DNA from: Atractiella rhizophila
Taxonomy: Eukaryota
DNA length: 51,203 nt
Assembly: GCA_021432655.1 (NCBI GenBank)
Contig: MU271515.1
Location: forward strand, 1 to 51,203
Direction: 5' to 3'
Made by a program: the position numbers and the translations under genes. The stretch's first letter is position 1; every line of letters begins with the position of its first letter. The notes beneath the pieces were generated by a model. It was not told the origin of the DNA and ran no database searches. It saw nothing but the letters and a program-made list of their open reading frames with translations. Positions 12,344-25,286 of this stretch are shown in pieces.

Positions 12344-14605
12344 ATGGCGCAACAACTGGTGGAGGACACCCTCACTGGTTTAGTCACCACACTCAACTCT
12401 TCTGCCGGCTCAAGGAAACGTACCCCTTTTCATAAAGACTGGTCTTTCGCGGCGAAGAAAAGAAAATTGGGACATCAGGAGGAAGTCCTCGCTTTGGAGC
12501 ATGAAGTTGTTGGGGACGCAAGTGAAGTAACCTTGGATAGTGCATCATCATATGGTGAGTTTTGCGCAATAATATGCACCGCCTGCTCAAAATCTTTGCT
12601 TTCTAGATGATGCCTACATAAGGCACTTTGGTAGCGATACACCTCTGTTGAAGAATGAAGGCCAGCCGTTCCAGTCCGAATTGAAGCGTTCCAAGCTTGG
12701 TGTGGTTAGGTTATCCTATGTACAGGGTGATGGAGAGGTCGATTTCTCATCATGGATAAACTTGTACTCACTTTCGTGCAGGTGCCTATTCATTCCAATG
12801 ATTCACTAGAGGGTGATTTTGATTTGCACTTCCTCTGTTACAAAGAGTGGTCATAACCAGTGTCCTAGATATATTATCATCATATCGCGACGTGTCGCAC
12901 CTGCACGTGGGTTTTCGCACCCGTCCTAAGATCCGCCAGGCCGTTGCGGACCATCTCTTCCGTCATCTATCAAGGTAAAATTAGCTGAGCTGCTCAGGCG
13001 ACGTAGCTTAAGTCGTGACAGGTCTCAGGCGATGATTCAAAAGAACACCACCTCTCTCCTCAAGGGCTCCAATACGTCCGGTCTGCAAGATCAAGGTTTT
13101 ACCCGACCCAAAATATTAATGATATTACCATTCCGTAACTCTGCTCCTCCGTGGATTTCTCATTTATCATCGTCATCATCTTCGAAAGCATCTGCTTGGG
13201 CCAACCTACCTCGTTTCAGATCTGAATTTGCATTACCCGATGGGGCAGTCGACAAACTCGTTTTAGATGCAGACAGTTACCCCGATGATCATGTAGAAAA
13301 TATGAAGGGCAACATCGACGACGAATTCCGGGTTGGCGTCGCCTACAAAGGCAATGGGGACTGGAAAATGTGGACGGAGTTCTACAAGAGTGACCTTATT
13401 GTCGCCTCCCCGCTTGGATTGCGAACCACCATTGAGAAAGATGGGTGAGTACTGTGGCACCCTTCAGATCTTCAATTTCGATTTGGTTTGTAGCACTTCC
13501 GATTTTCTCTCGTCGATTGAAATTGTTGTGGTCGACCAGCTAGAGGCAATTCTCATGCAAAACTGGGAGCATCTTCAGGTCTGTGTCGTCCTCAGACGTA
13601 ATCTCGCTGATTGTGCGAGATTTCAGTTCATCTTCGATCGTTTGAACAAAGTGCCGAAGGAGACAAGGGACGCAGATTTCTCTCGCATTAAACCCTGGTA
13701 CCTTGACGAGAAGTGAGCTCTTCGAACCAACACCCGCACTTCCAACTAATGACCACAGGTCCCCACTCTTACGGCAAACAATCCTGTTGTCCGCCTTGCC
13801 GTCTCCTGAGATACATGCTATTGAGCGTAGCTCACAGAATATGGGGGGGAAAGTCGAAATAATGCACGCAGAGGGTGGCAGCCCTCCCTTGCAACGCGTA
13901 GCTAAAGGCTTGCGACAAATCTGGCATCGTCTGGAAGTCACTGGAAACAAAGATGATGAGGATGACACGCGGTTCCAATTCTTTTGCGAGAAGGTAAATT
14001 TTGATCAATTGTAGTATCCGCGTGTTAAGACTACTGTAGATCATGGCTGACGCTCGCGCATCGCCCAACAGACTGTCGAGGACTCTAGTCTACGTACCAT
14101 CCTCCTTTGATTTTGAGCGGATCAAGTCATATATGTCCACAACCGACATAAGCTTCACATTACTTTCAGAGTGAGTGCCTTCTAAGACAATAGAGGATGA
14201 CGATAAACATTCGTTTGCAGAGACATATCCCATTCTGAGATCGCCAGGGCTCGTCAGCAATTCTTCCACGGCAAAGTTGATGTTCTTATTTTGACGGAAA
14301 GATTTCACTTCTTCAGACGGTTTGTGCCTCCATTTTCAGCTGTTTTTCTGAAGCTGACTTTACGATGCTGCAGCTATCGCATCAGGGGAGTCAGTAATAT
14401 CATCTTTTACAGTCTGCCGACATTTCCGCACTTTTATTCCGAGTTATTGTCGTTTGTTTCTGACTGGAACTCAGAGGAAAGCATCCAGGGCTGCCAGATT
14501 ATCTTCTCCAAGTATGATGTATTGCGAGTCAAGGGGATTGTGGGATCAAAGGAGGAATGTGTCAGGCTCTTCGAGGGATCCGAAAATCGATTTTTGTTTG
14601 TGTAA
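12344..14605 (+). CDS. UTP25: U3 snoRNA-associated protein 25 (Utp25/DEF/DIEXF), multi-exon
   Basis: [76 protein letters not shown] and [17 protein letters not shown] at 14603-14605. Confidence 0.92.
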
Positions 14606-14879
14606 AGCTTGAACTGCATGTTCCAGCAGCTATATTCCAATAGCTATATATGCCGTGCTGGCTCTTATTCATGTTTGAACCGCTGGATCCAGGACTCCAC
14701 TGTGTACAGACATCTTGGCTCAAGCGCGACGTAAACTTGATGACTATGGTTTGAAGCTTTGTTGGAAGTAGTGTCTAAAGATTAGTTTATTTGTTTTGTT
14801 CTGTGAGGAGAATCTCTCCACGGTCATGATCAATCCCTTGATGTCCTACATAATGAAAATGGAACGATCATCCAAAGGG

Positions 14880-16352
14880 CATGCAGCTCAGTATCACATG
14901 TTGGAGTGAAGTATGCGGGCTCATGCTTCGAAGCACCCTGGCCCGCTGTCTGTCTACTCCGCCATGAGCAAGTTGATTCCTGTGGTGTGCCGCCAGGAGG
15001 CATTCAGAAAGACCCCTGATATCAACATCTCAAACATCTCAACGAGGAGCATAAGGTTCGTGTGCATGCTTCTTTGACTCAGACAACACGCCACTCACTT
15101 GGCTGACTGACATAATCTCATTTGCCAAATTTGATGCACTCCACATTCCTTTCTCCTGTGTAGAAACATTACAACCAATAAGCGATTCTCAGTCACCCTG
15201 ACAGACATCCAGTCAGACCTTGTATGGCTCATGCAGCCGCTCCTTCTATGGCTGAGGAGCCTCCAGAAGATAGCTGGAAGACAGTATCCAGTGAATTAGA
15301 CGACATGTCCAACATCATATTAGCTTCTGTGAAGGTCATAGAGCTCAAGCCTAAAGTGAGGCGTTGTTTTGAGTTTTCGCCAGGGTAACTACATACATAC
15401 CTGTGGAATGGGATAACGAGAAGGCTTTAACATCTGTCTTTGAGAGGCTGTATATGGTAAGCATTTTCCTTATGCCTCTGTGAATTGGATGAGAAAAAGC
15501 ATCCAGGAGCTCCCTGGAGAAATATGGATCCCCAGTGACAATGAGGTGTCTGGTTCTCAAGAAGGAGGTGCTGAGTGACAATATCACTGATCAAACTCTG
15601 GTTAAACTTAATGCCGTTCTCATGCCAATATTTTTAGATCCACTCACCAAGGACACATACATTTGCTGAACTTGGAGCTTCATTAGAGCTGAAGAATAAA
15701 GCCAATGAACGAAAGGCACAGCATAGAATAGCCCCAGAAGGAGCGGCCTGTCTGTCAGCTCAACCTTACAACTTTACTTGGGGTTTATGCATTGGCAATC
15801 ACATGTCAGATCAGGTGTCAGAGAAGTCCTTCTTATGGATGCTTTGCATGCGTGCAGGACGATTCAAGTCTGTGCCGCAAGAGTTGGAGAAGAACTTCAA
15901 GGACTTGGTATAAAGTCTCGCGTTGTTGGCCACTGCTGAAGAGGCTGAACTTGGTTTTCTCAATGCTTATGACCATCTTCCAAATCTGAGATTTTCATGT
16001 CCCCACTTCTGAAGACCTCCCCAGAATGTTCCAGCATATTCACTGATAACTCTATTTGCCCATGTCTGATACAACCATCCAGACCATTTGCCACATATTT
16101 CAGAATGTGAGTCATGACTCAAGTTTGGGAGGCCAAAAGTGCAGAATGGTGAACTTCCTCTGGCTACAAGATTTGTACTTGGAGTGTACAAAGGCACACA
16201 TCCAGCTATTTGATCAGTGGCGTGCCAAGGAGCTGACCAAATCATCAGAACATCCTATTGTGAACTGGTACTGGCTGGATGATTCACCTTCGTTGATCTT
16301 TTACTGTGACAACTTATCAGTTGCTCACCTAGTCAACATGTATACGACCTAG
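14880..16352 (+). pseudogene. Degenerate ORF remnant with a C2H2-like motif, probably TE-associated
   Basis: One frame reads CLLRHEQVDSCGVPPGGIQKDP*YQHLKHLNEEHK and another FKDLV*SLALL...CPHF*RP...HV*YNH. The stops are TGA/TAA, as expected from C>T decay. Family not identified. Confidence 0.35.
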
Positions 16353-16374
16353 GACAAGTCATCCGATCCTTTTG

Positions 16375-17232
16375 TAAAGGAAGACTGTAAACCATTGCTA
16401 GTTTTTCACAAGACAGCGGGCCTATCGCTTTGGGCTGGTAAAGTCAGGAGCAGCTGGTCACTTGGTGAGGAGGTCTGCTGGCATATTGACACCTGGACAG
16501 AAGACTAGACTGATCTTGCCCATCTTAACAACATCTCTGAGCCAATAAAAGAGAAGGTCCAGGTGTTTCATTCGACCATGGTGCTCAGGGTTCTTGATAC
16601 CTGTAGAGCGCTGCTGCTATCTGTGAAGAGAGCTGTAGGACCTTGAGGAGTGAAGCCAATTTCTTCAAAAAGATTCCTTAGCCAGACAACTTCTTGGCCA
16701 GCTGAGACTCCTGAGACATATTTGTTAGGGCAAACACTACTATGTGCGTTCGCCGATGGGCGATGCGTCTGTAGTGGAGGTAAACCTAAGAGAATAGTAT
16801 GGCATGAGAGGACTAACCTGTAGTGGAGGTAAACCTAAGAGAATACTCTGAGGTCACCACCACTACATCTCGATGTATATATACATATGTAAAGGCACTG
16901 CCATAAACTGTAACATACGTTTCTTGAAACATCTAAGATAGCTAGATCAGGAAAGCAATAAAGTGAATACTCGGAAATAAGACATACTGAGCAGTACAAG
17001 TGAGAAAGGATAATAAGGCAATAATGGAGACGGTGCAGACCGGCGAAATGTGTAAGGTTTGCTGAGCGACGATTCATATGAGATGGGGGAAGGCGGCGGC
17101 GTGAACGTGAGCAAAGCGGTGACGGGTAGGCACGTGATCCTACGACGTATTAAAGTAGGTCACGTGACTTCAAATGGTGCATTTCGGTAATGCATAGGGG
17201 CAAGCCTGACAATATTCTGCTTCGGTAGTAGA
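16375..17232 (-). mobile_element. Ty1/copia RNase H fragment, interrupted by a solo LTR
   Basis: Closely parallels 33600-33910 (TTEAEY, EHHGRMKHLD, ADLLTK). Confidence 0.85.
16723..17211. mobile_element. Solo LTR type A (489 bp)
   Basis: TGTTAGG...CCTGACA termini with a 5-bp TSD ATATT at 16718-16722 and 17212-17216. The first ~140 bp are shared with 21254-21729. Confidence 0.88.
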
Positions 17233-17448
17233 TGAGAGAATCTGATGCTGGATGGAGCTAGGGGATAGGGATTGGTGGTCAAAGATGACATTGATAGGGA
17301 AACACATACCTAGGGGACAGAGATTGGTGGTTAACGATGATGACCGCCTAAACCCCCCCTAGGGGGCTAAAACTGCGAAGGGAGCAAACACAACAAAGGT
17401 GGCTGACCACACAACACAAGACCATGAAATATAACACCTAATCCAACA
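17233..17448 (-). mobile_element. Copia LTR type B
   Basis: TGTTGGATTAG...CTCTCA on the minus strand, homologous to 25287-25506, 30467-30565, 35087-35249 and 38508-38676. No TSD; the two flanks come from different parts of pol. Confidence 0.85.
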
Positions 17449-17882
17449 GTGGGCAAGTCTTCTATGCCACAGGGAAGCATTTAGAGCGGTAGTGAAAACG
17501 TGTGCAACGGATTCTGAGGCCATGAGTGTTCTTCCATCGATGATGGCACTCATGCTTCCTCTCCTGTGCTCAACTGTTGCTGTAAAGCAGAGATTTCCGT
17601 CCCTGAGGAAGCGTACTTTGTTTCCAGTGATTGTGACAGTCATGTTCTTGAAGATAGTGAGCTTGAAAACGGATAGGAGATTGCTGCAGAGCTTGGGGAC
17701 ATGAAGGACATTGTGAATGGTGACTTGTTTCGACTTTTTACCCTCCAATTTCGCTTCAATCACCACATCTCCAATCCCAACAGACCAGACCACCTCTCCA
17801 TTCACAACTCTGATGGGGACAACGTGTTTTTGATAGGATTTGAAGAAGTGGGGGTGTGGAGTCATTGATGAAGTTGCTCCTA

Positions 17883-20800
17883 TGGTGCAGGTCTGCTAGT
17901 CCCACATCAGAGGCTACAGCATGAGTCACCATGACTCACAGGTCCCAAATCTCAGAAATTTTTTTTCCTGTCATTCTGCTTCTGAAGTTCTGGCTCCTCA
18001 CATGCATATGTGTGAGCTGCCCACAGTGAAATGCATTAATGTATTCACACTGTTCATAGTATTAAATGGAAACCCTAGCATATGTACAAACCCTCAAGCC
18101 TGAACCTCCTGCTCCCCTCTTGCAGCGGCTACTTCTGGAACACGTCGGTGTGATGAATACTTGCGCACTTGGAATCCAGCTTGCATGACATCCTTGCCCT
18201 CAGCATAAGCTTGGATCCATCTGTGAGTTCTTCTCTCAAACTTTCTGATAGTGGACAGTTGCACAGACTTGAGAGCCGCATGCATGTTCTTCTTCAATCC
18301 TTCAAAGGTGTACCGGCAGTTTTCTGTTGAAGTAATCAGTAACTTGTCAACATCCAGAGAAGCTGCAAACCTCTAAGGTAGTACTTCATTCTTCCCCCAA
18401 AAAACTCAATGAAATTAAGCTCACAATGAAACTTCAAAGCATTAAGGCATAATGCCCAACTGCTTCGATTGCTTCGACCACTGCTCCTTTTTGGGTACGG
18501 AAGTCAGGCTGTGATGCAAGTAAACGCTCTGTGCCATGAAATGAGTATTGGATGGTGGAATGTAAGATGTTACTCACCAGCACAACATGTATGGTCTGCT
18601 TGATGGTCGGTTGCTTGCTTGCATCGACCTTTCAGACCCTTCTCCGGCCACAAGCCTCGTTCCTTCAACACCAGCTCCATTCCCTTCGGTTTTCCAGCGT
18701 CAGGGTGACCGGGGGGCATATCATTGACTGTCAAATCCTCTGCCCATCCCTCATGAACCATCCATCCCGCATAATCTGAGCATTTTTCCCACCTGGACTG
18801 GATGTTAACAATGAATGCCACAGAGGAATACGAGTGGCCTACCGGGTCTCAAATTCATGTCAGATGCTCTCAGTGCATCTGCTGCGAAATGATTATGACC
18901 TTGGGAATTACCAATCAACACCAGCGCCCTTTGATTGGGGTGGAGCCGTTCAAAAACAGGAATAAACTTTTCCGTAACCTATACAAATTTTACTGAAGTT
19001 CTGATAGTCTCACATGACGTACCTGCTTAAGCATGTTCTCTCCAGTCCAGAACCCTTCATGGTTCTTACCATACTCCAACTGTTCTCCACACTCTTCCAA
19101 CCAACCATATGTTGAGCAAATAAAATCTGAACGAGGTATCCCTCGGCCCTGCCCCTTCTTCCGTAGCTTTGCTTGACTGTCCAGAATCCAGCAGTGTTTC
19201 TTTCCGTCATTGGCAGTACACGTCTCATCATGCGCGACAAGGATGATAGGCTGCGTTTCGGGGGGCAGTGGTTTCTTCACTTCAAGGTTAACGTCCTCAG
19301 AAGACCTTCGCGCAGTCGAGGCAGGAAGCTTTGGAAGGTTGGTACGAAAACCTTCTGACAATATTCAACAACATCAGGTCGCTATGGCCACTGCTCAACT
19401 CCAATCAGCACATTATGCATATGTGAAAGTAATGATGTACTCATAATATAGTCCCTTTTTGTATTCTGTCCATCGAAACCCTTCACGCCGCAACCATTTC
19501 CTTGCAGTCCGTAACGAAATCCCCCGTTTCGGCTTCCACCCAGCATTGGGAAAGAAAGTCTCCTCCAGGTAGCCCTTCAGCCTGATTGGCATCTCATTGG
19601 GCAACTCCTCTTTCATTGATTTCTCAAGTTGAGATGGGATCAATACATTCTGAGAATAGGCCGCCAATTTGGCTGGATCCATGTTCTCCTTTTCCTGCCG
19701 AACCCAAGCTCTCAGCATCTCACAATGCTCTGGATCATTCAACAAAGAGAAGGTTTTCGCATGTCGGCCTTGCAGATCATCAGCTTGCAATGTCCAAAGG
19801 TTAGCACAGGAAGACAGACCACGGTTAGACATAGGGAGTGCTCCTTGCTCAGTTTCAAACCGGTCCGCCCAGCTTCGGATGTTCTTCGCTCCGTAAGAAA
19901 TCCCGAAACGATGAGCTGCAGCCGCTGTCTGCGATGCCTTGAGACGGGTATACCTGCCAGTCTTCATGAGGTTGAAGAAGCACTCCAATGCTCGAACTCG
20001 ACGTGCTTGGAGCTCAGTCTCGAATTTCTGTTTCTTGAGCAACCTCTCCGCCATCTCCACGCCTGTTGCATACCGCCCCAGGCGTGCTTGGCGCCGCTCA
20101 AACGCTTCGCTTTGCACATATCGCTGTCGTTGTCTCCTGTGTGGGGAGGGAGAGAAGGATCAGAAAGGGAGGCAGGGTTGGTGTTGCAGTGTCCGAAAGG
20201 TGGTTTCTGTGGTTGTCTCTCGTCGGAATCAGTTTCATTGTCGTCAGGTGAGTCTTCATTCTCCTCAGCTGATGAAATGATAAACGTCTGAATATTGAAT
20301 GGATCATCGAGAGGAGAAGGAGGTGAGGTTGCGAGGGTAGGTGCCGCGTACTGTGCTGGCCATCGTCTTCGCGAGCCACTGGAACATCAGGAGTGGTATG
20401 GGGAATGGAGTAAGGCGGTGGAAGAGGCCGGTTGTTGATGAGGAAGGCTTTGAGCGGGCAGCATGTCTTTGCTTCCCTGGAAAACCAATCAGCGCCAGCT
20501 TCGGTGCTCAAAGAGATTGAGAAAGGAGAGGGGAAAATAAAAATACAAACTGTTCCAGCAATTCTTGCTTTTTCTTACGGTTATAGCGGGTTTGCTTTGG
20601 CACCTTCGTACCAACGTTGTATCCTGAAGAGCGGCCCAATGCCTTTTCTCCCTTCTTCTGATTCAACTCTCGCCCTCCCTCAGACATCAACTCAGCAAAA
20701 ATGCCCGGAAGTTGTGCTTTAGCTTCTGCAATGAGTATCTGTCGTTCAGCAGTTTCAGGAGCAAGCTCATTGGCACTCTCTTCTGATGCAGATTCACCCT

Positions 20801-21949
20801 CAGAGTCAGAACTTTGCTCTGATGAAGCCCAACTTGCATCATCAAAGGTTCCGAAGCAATTCAAAGTCTCTTCATGCTCGCTGCGAGAAGAGATCTCAAA
20901 AGGTTCAGGCAATGGAGCATCTGCTAATGCGAGGATCTTGCTTTCTTCATCAGAAGAATCTGAGAAAAGTAACCAGGGGCTGTAACAGATCCTCCCAGTA
21001 TCTTCAGAGCTTGTCGCTGCTGACTCTTCGCAGCTTTAGCTGCCCTTGCTGTGAGAAGCTTTTGGTCATGAGCTTTCATGCTCTTTGAGTGTCTCCCCAT
21101 GTTGCTGAAAGATTTGGCGAAGGGGGAAATGGAAAAGAAAGAAGGGGAAAAGTCGACATTGCAGACAATTAGAGCCTGAGGACGCAGCACCGGAACCGAA
21201 ATCGACCGTTTGGAGCCGAACGCCGACATCGGAACTAACTTTGCCGAAGTACATGTTAGGGCTGACACTATGTGCGGTCACCGACGGGCGATGCGTCTGT
21301 AGTGGAGATAAACCTAAGTGCATGATATGACATGAAGACTAACCTGTAGTGGAGATAAACCTAAGAGAATACTCTAAGGTCACCTCCACTACTCTCTGAT
21401 CTATATATACAAGCGGAATAACACTGCCACAGAGCGTAGAGGAGAGCAGATGAAACATGTAAGAGAACTAAAAGGGGAAGTGACAGTGGGATTACGCGGA
21501 GTTAATAAGAGGAGGATAGGCACAATTGGGCTAAGTGGTGATGTAGGTGCAAATGGGCGAATGGGTGAACGGGCGCTGATTTGCACTGCGTGCAAATAGG
21601 TGACGGGAGACACAGTGGTGATGGGAGACGCAGAGGCGGACGGACGCTGATTCGCAGGGAACGCAAATGGGCGATAGGAGACGCAATCCGGCGAACGGGC
21701 GCCGATTTGCGTAAGATGCAAACCTGACAGTACACTGGAGACGTACAACGGCCGGTCCCAATCACGAGATCTTTGAAAATAAAAGCTTTTCTAGAAGTCA
21801 ACCAATAAAAAATCTGTCTTACAAAACTCTTCTAAATACACCAAATAAACTATATGTAAGACAGATTGTTGAAATGTTCACTCTGGGAGTCACGATTTTG
21901 GAATGACTCATGTTGCAGCCTCTGATGCGGGACTAGCGGACCTGCACCA
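17883..21949 (-). mobile_element. Tc1/mariner-IS630-like DDE DNA transposon with decayed, probably spliced transposase
   Basis: 46-bp TIRs at 17883-17928 and 21904-21949 (4 mismatches), flanked by TA on both sides. Transposase motifs: VAHDE..ANDG, RKKGQGRGI..SDFI, YGKNHEGFW, PKGMELVLKERGL, KFHCELNFIEFF. Confidence 0.88.
21254..21729. mobile_element. Solo LTR type A variant (476 bp) inside the DNA transposon
   Basis: TGTTAGG...CCTGACA termini with a 5-bp TSD GTACA at 21249-21253 and 21730-21734. Confidence 0.9.
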
Positions 21950-23943
21950 TATATCGATTACCCAGTCAGTCCCAGCTTTCTGGCGACTAATGGCATCATC
22001 TACCGCTGCATAGCTAGTCTCCCCAGCAAATTGTCCCCCTTCTCCTTCGATTTTGGCTTCCCTAACATCTTCCAACTCCCAAACTTCGCTTTATATCGTT
22101 CCAACTCGCTTTTGAGGCCTTCTGAGGATGTTCCAGGGAGTTGGAAGCGATATGACCGTTCTTGTGGCAGTTGAAGCACTCCACAGATGACCAATCCCTT
22201 CTCCCAGATCCCCCACCATTCCTTGCACCTCTCCCACGTCCTACAGAACGTCCCCTGTTGCTGCTGGATGCCTGATTTGCCATTTGATTGTTGGAGATGG
22301 CTTCCTCTGAGTTCTTGGTGGCTTGGATCGAGTAGAATGCTTGTTTGATCGATTGGAGGTCAGTGGATGTCATCAGGGTTAAGTTCTGGACGAAACTGGC
22401 CTATTCTGGGCCTAGAGAGCGAATGAGAGCGAAGGATCGAAGGTCCTCCTTCAAATTGTTGAGGGAATAGTCCTTGGACAGGGTATTGTTGAAGTCCAGA
22501 AGGAGCTGGTCGCTTCTGGCACAGAGGGTGACCAGGGATTCATCTTCTTTCTTCTGGAGAGCAAGCAGGGCGCTTAGGGATGAAAAACGCGTGGAAGACC
22601 TCTTCTGCTGATGGATTTCTTGAAGGGTGGACCAGATCTTGACTGGATCTTGAATGACAGACACCACATGAGCCTTCTGGGTGGATTCCAGGCTGAGGAA
22701 CAGCATTCCTGCCGCTTTAGAGCGCTCCTTTTGCCACTGCTTTTGCTCTTTCAAATCTTCTGGCTTTGTCTCCACTCCAGAGACTATCCCCTGTCAAGTG
22801 TGGTTTGGAGTTTGGGACATTTTGGGATGATTCTGGCAGGATTAGGGGAAAGTGGGAAGCTGCCCACTCGCAAGTGAACTGGCTGAGTGGCTGCGCAAAC
22901 AACAACGACTGATTGTGAGATTTGGGACAGGATTTGGAGCGGAATGGGACTTTTGGGACTGTTTCGTTCTCATTCGCTAGGCGCGCTGAGATCGACCCGA
23001 CGTGGTGTGCACTTCTGTGGTCAAGTACAGGTACTCGCTGAAGCAGCTTGAGAGGCAGCATTCCGATGCAGACTGGGACTTGCATGCGAACACTTTTTCT
23101 TTCCAGCTCGCCAGTTTGGGCTAGCTTGTCTTCTGGCATAGGCGGAATGGAAGTCATAGACAAGATTGTATGCTTAGGCTCGTTCCTTCCATTGTGAGTG
23201 ATTTAGCTAATTCCGTCTGTCCTCGCCCTGACCTGAGCGGACTTGTGGGTCAGGAAGATGTCCTGGAACCCTTGCATAAAGGCGTGAGTGAGCGATCTTC
23301 TTTGTCCCCAACAAGCGTGAGTCTTCCCTTGGTCTTCTCACCCGATCTATCTATTCATCTCTCGTCACCCTGTTGTTGCAGCTATCTCTCACCTGCCATC
23401 ACAGCATCACAGAATGTCCCTCGTTGAAGGACGGTCATGTCGGTAAACGGGTAGAGCAGTAGGCACATGCTTGACTTGTCAGTTCCTTACTTTCTATTTC
23501 CTTGTATCATTGATATGAATGAATGCATCTGATAGGTATGATGCTGGTGGAAGCAATCCATGATACCCATGGCTGAACAAGCCGACCTGAAACCTGGCAT
23601 CTCCACACCGTGACATCCTCCTCGCCAAACGACCTCCTCAACCCGGCACCTCATCACGATTCACATCTTCCAATACCTCTGCTGACCCGCTCGGGATGCA
23701 GAGGGACTGACATGGTACCTCAGATATCTTTCTGGGTGAGTTCTACTTTGCCTATTCGCCGCATTGCTGACTATATGTCGTAGAAGGGAGAAAGGTCTTT
23801 CTACCATCAGGTATTCTACTAATGTCTGTGTCAACCATCGTCGATTCGACACCATGCAAGAAATGGAGTCTGGAGGGCAGCAGTACGGGTTGAAACAGTT
23901 GTATTCCGTAGTTCTAGATTGTTGAAATGTATCTCAATCTGTT

Positions 23944-25286
23944 TCAATCCCCAAACCACCCAATCTTTCCATGATGAACCAATCGTGTACCATGACCTGG
24001 GAATAACCGCAACAACCCCTTGCACTTGCTTGCATTGACTACCTCAAAGTCACCTGGAAGGGCAGGCTGGCACGTCGTAAGTACTCCGAATGGACATGTC
24101 GTTGGCAATGGCGATATGGCTGAATTAGGGCAAGATGATGTGAAATTGCTGACCTTTAGTTGCAGGAAATACAAGACCTCAGCGTAGGCAATCGAAACGG
24201 CAGGGGGTCCAGCACTTTCAGAAGGAGGGAACATAAGGTGTTTGTATTTGATCTGGCGGCTGATGCGAACTTCGTCAGGGGGCCGCTGGAGCTCTTTCCA
24301 CCTGGTACGGACAATCTCATTCTGCGGCAACTGCAATCTTGCCCATTTGGTAAAGCGACCATTCCAAGTATCTGGTGGATGCCAGCGTGATAGATAGGCT
24401 TCAACTGCAGAACGCTCAGTGGAAGGAAGTAGCTGCACATCAGCCTCTCGAGCGCTTAGAAAACTGAAAGAGTTTCCTAAAGGCAAGGCACCTTGTGGTG
24501 GCGGCCGCTGTGTTTGAGGAAGAATAAGAGTTGGGTCGATGGAGCGTACTGCCTGGCATTGAGCTTGTCACATGGTTTCCTGTGCCAGATTCTCGTAAGG
24601 TCTTGAATGTCGGCGTATTCGAGATCCAAGAAGCCCAATGGTACGCTCCAAAGTCCATTGAGTAATGGAAATAAAAGGCCCTACACGTCGCGTTTGTTCA
24701 CAAAGATGGAGCAACTTGTGCAGTGAAGGTCAGCAAAAATGAAGCCTTTTAATGTCGTTCTGATAGTAAGTATCTTCGAATTCAAGGACAAATTCGATTA
24801 TCAGCTTCTCGATCAAGTTAAGCAAATCTTGAGAGCTGCTTCTGTTGAACCTTGGGTATAAAGGGTTAATCTGCACTGTTGGGAATGACTGGTCATTTTA
24901 GTGCAATTGGCTAAATCCAGCAGCTTCGTTGACGCAAAGCCCGCATGCAGTAGACGATCTTCAGGTAAGATGGCTTTGGAGGAGACCAGGACCTAAACCA
25001 TAGAAGTAGGTTTCCCACTCTTTCGCTCGATAGCCAGAATACTTGATGTCAATGTTGCGACAAAATTTATCCCAGAAACTGGGCAAAAAACATCGAGTGT
25101 TCGCGACTTCGACCCCCCATGCTGTTGCCAGCGAGCTCCCAGAAGTGTTTCCCAAGGGAGTCGCTCTGTAGCAGGTATTTCCTGAGCCTCAGCATTGGTC
25201 TTCCCTCGCTTTCTCTTCCCCGGGTCATCACTGCTTGTTTTCTTAGTCTTCTTGTCAGTGGGCCGTATGATGCCTCTCCACAATCC
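23944..25286 (-). mobile_element. EnSpm/CACTA (Tnp2/Transposase_21-like) transposase remnant
   Basis: RNIDIKYSGYRAKEWETYFYGLGP, HKLLHLCEQTRRVGP..ITQWTLERTIG and KWARLQLPQNEIVRTRWKE..RISRQIKY..YAEVLYF resemble basidiomycete Tnp2-family transposases. No CACTA termini found. Confidence 0.7.
24843..24922 (+). mobile_element. Very short solo LTR type C (80 bp)
   Basis: TGTTG...CAGCA termini with a 5-bp TSD GCTTC at 24838-24842 and 24923-24927. Its 3' end recurs, inverted, at 30431-30466 next to a PBS. Confidence 0.8.

Larger units (their letters stand above)
17449..22790 (-). mobile_element. Truncated Ty1/copia copy A (gag, zinc knuckle, protease, GAG-pre-integrase), split by a DNA transposon
   Basis: Gag at 22401-22775 and the zinc knuckle CFNCHKNGHIA are near-identical to 29141-30100. 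The protease (TSSMTPH...LHVPKL...LWHRRLAH) resumes at 17449-17882. Confidence 0.9.

Noticed and set aside
16770..16845. Direct repeats CTGTAGTGGAGGTAAACCTAAGAGAATA (also 21297-21370) as a CRISPR-like array
   Set aside because: Only two units, located inside an LTR, in a eukaryotic context with no cas genes.
22792..23480. Possible additional LTR (TGTCAAG...CTTGAC)
   Set aside because: The terminus is imperfect, there is no TSD and no second copy in the window; left unannotated.
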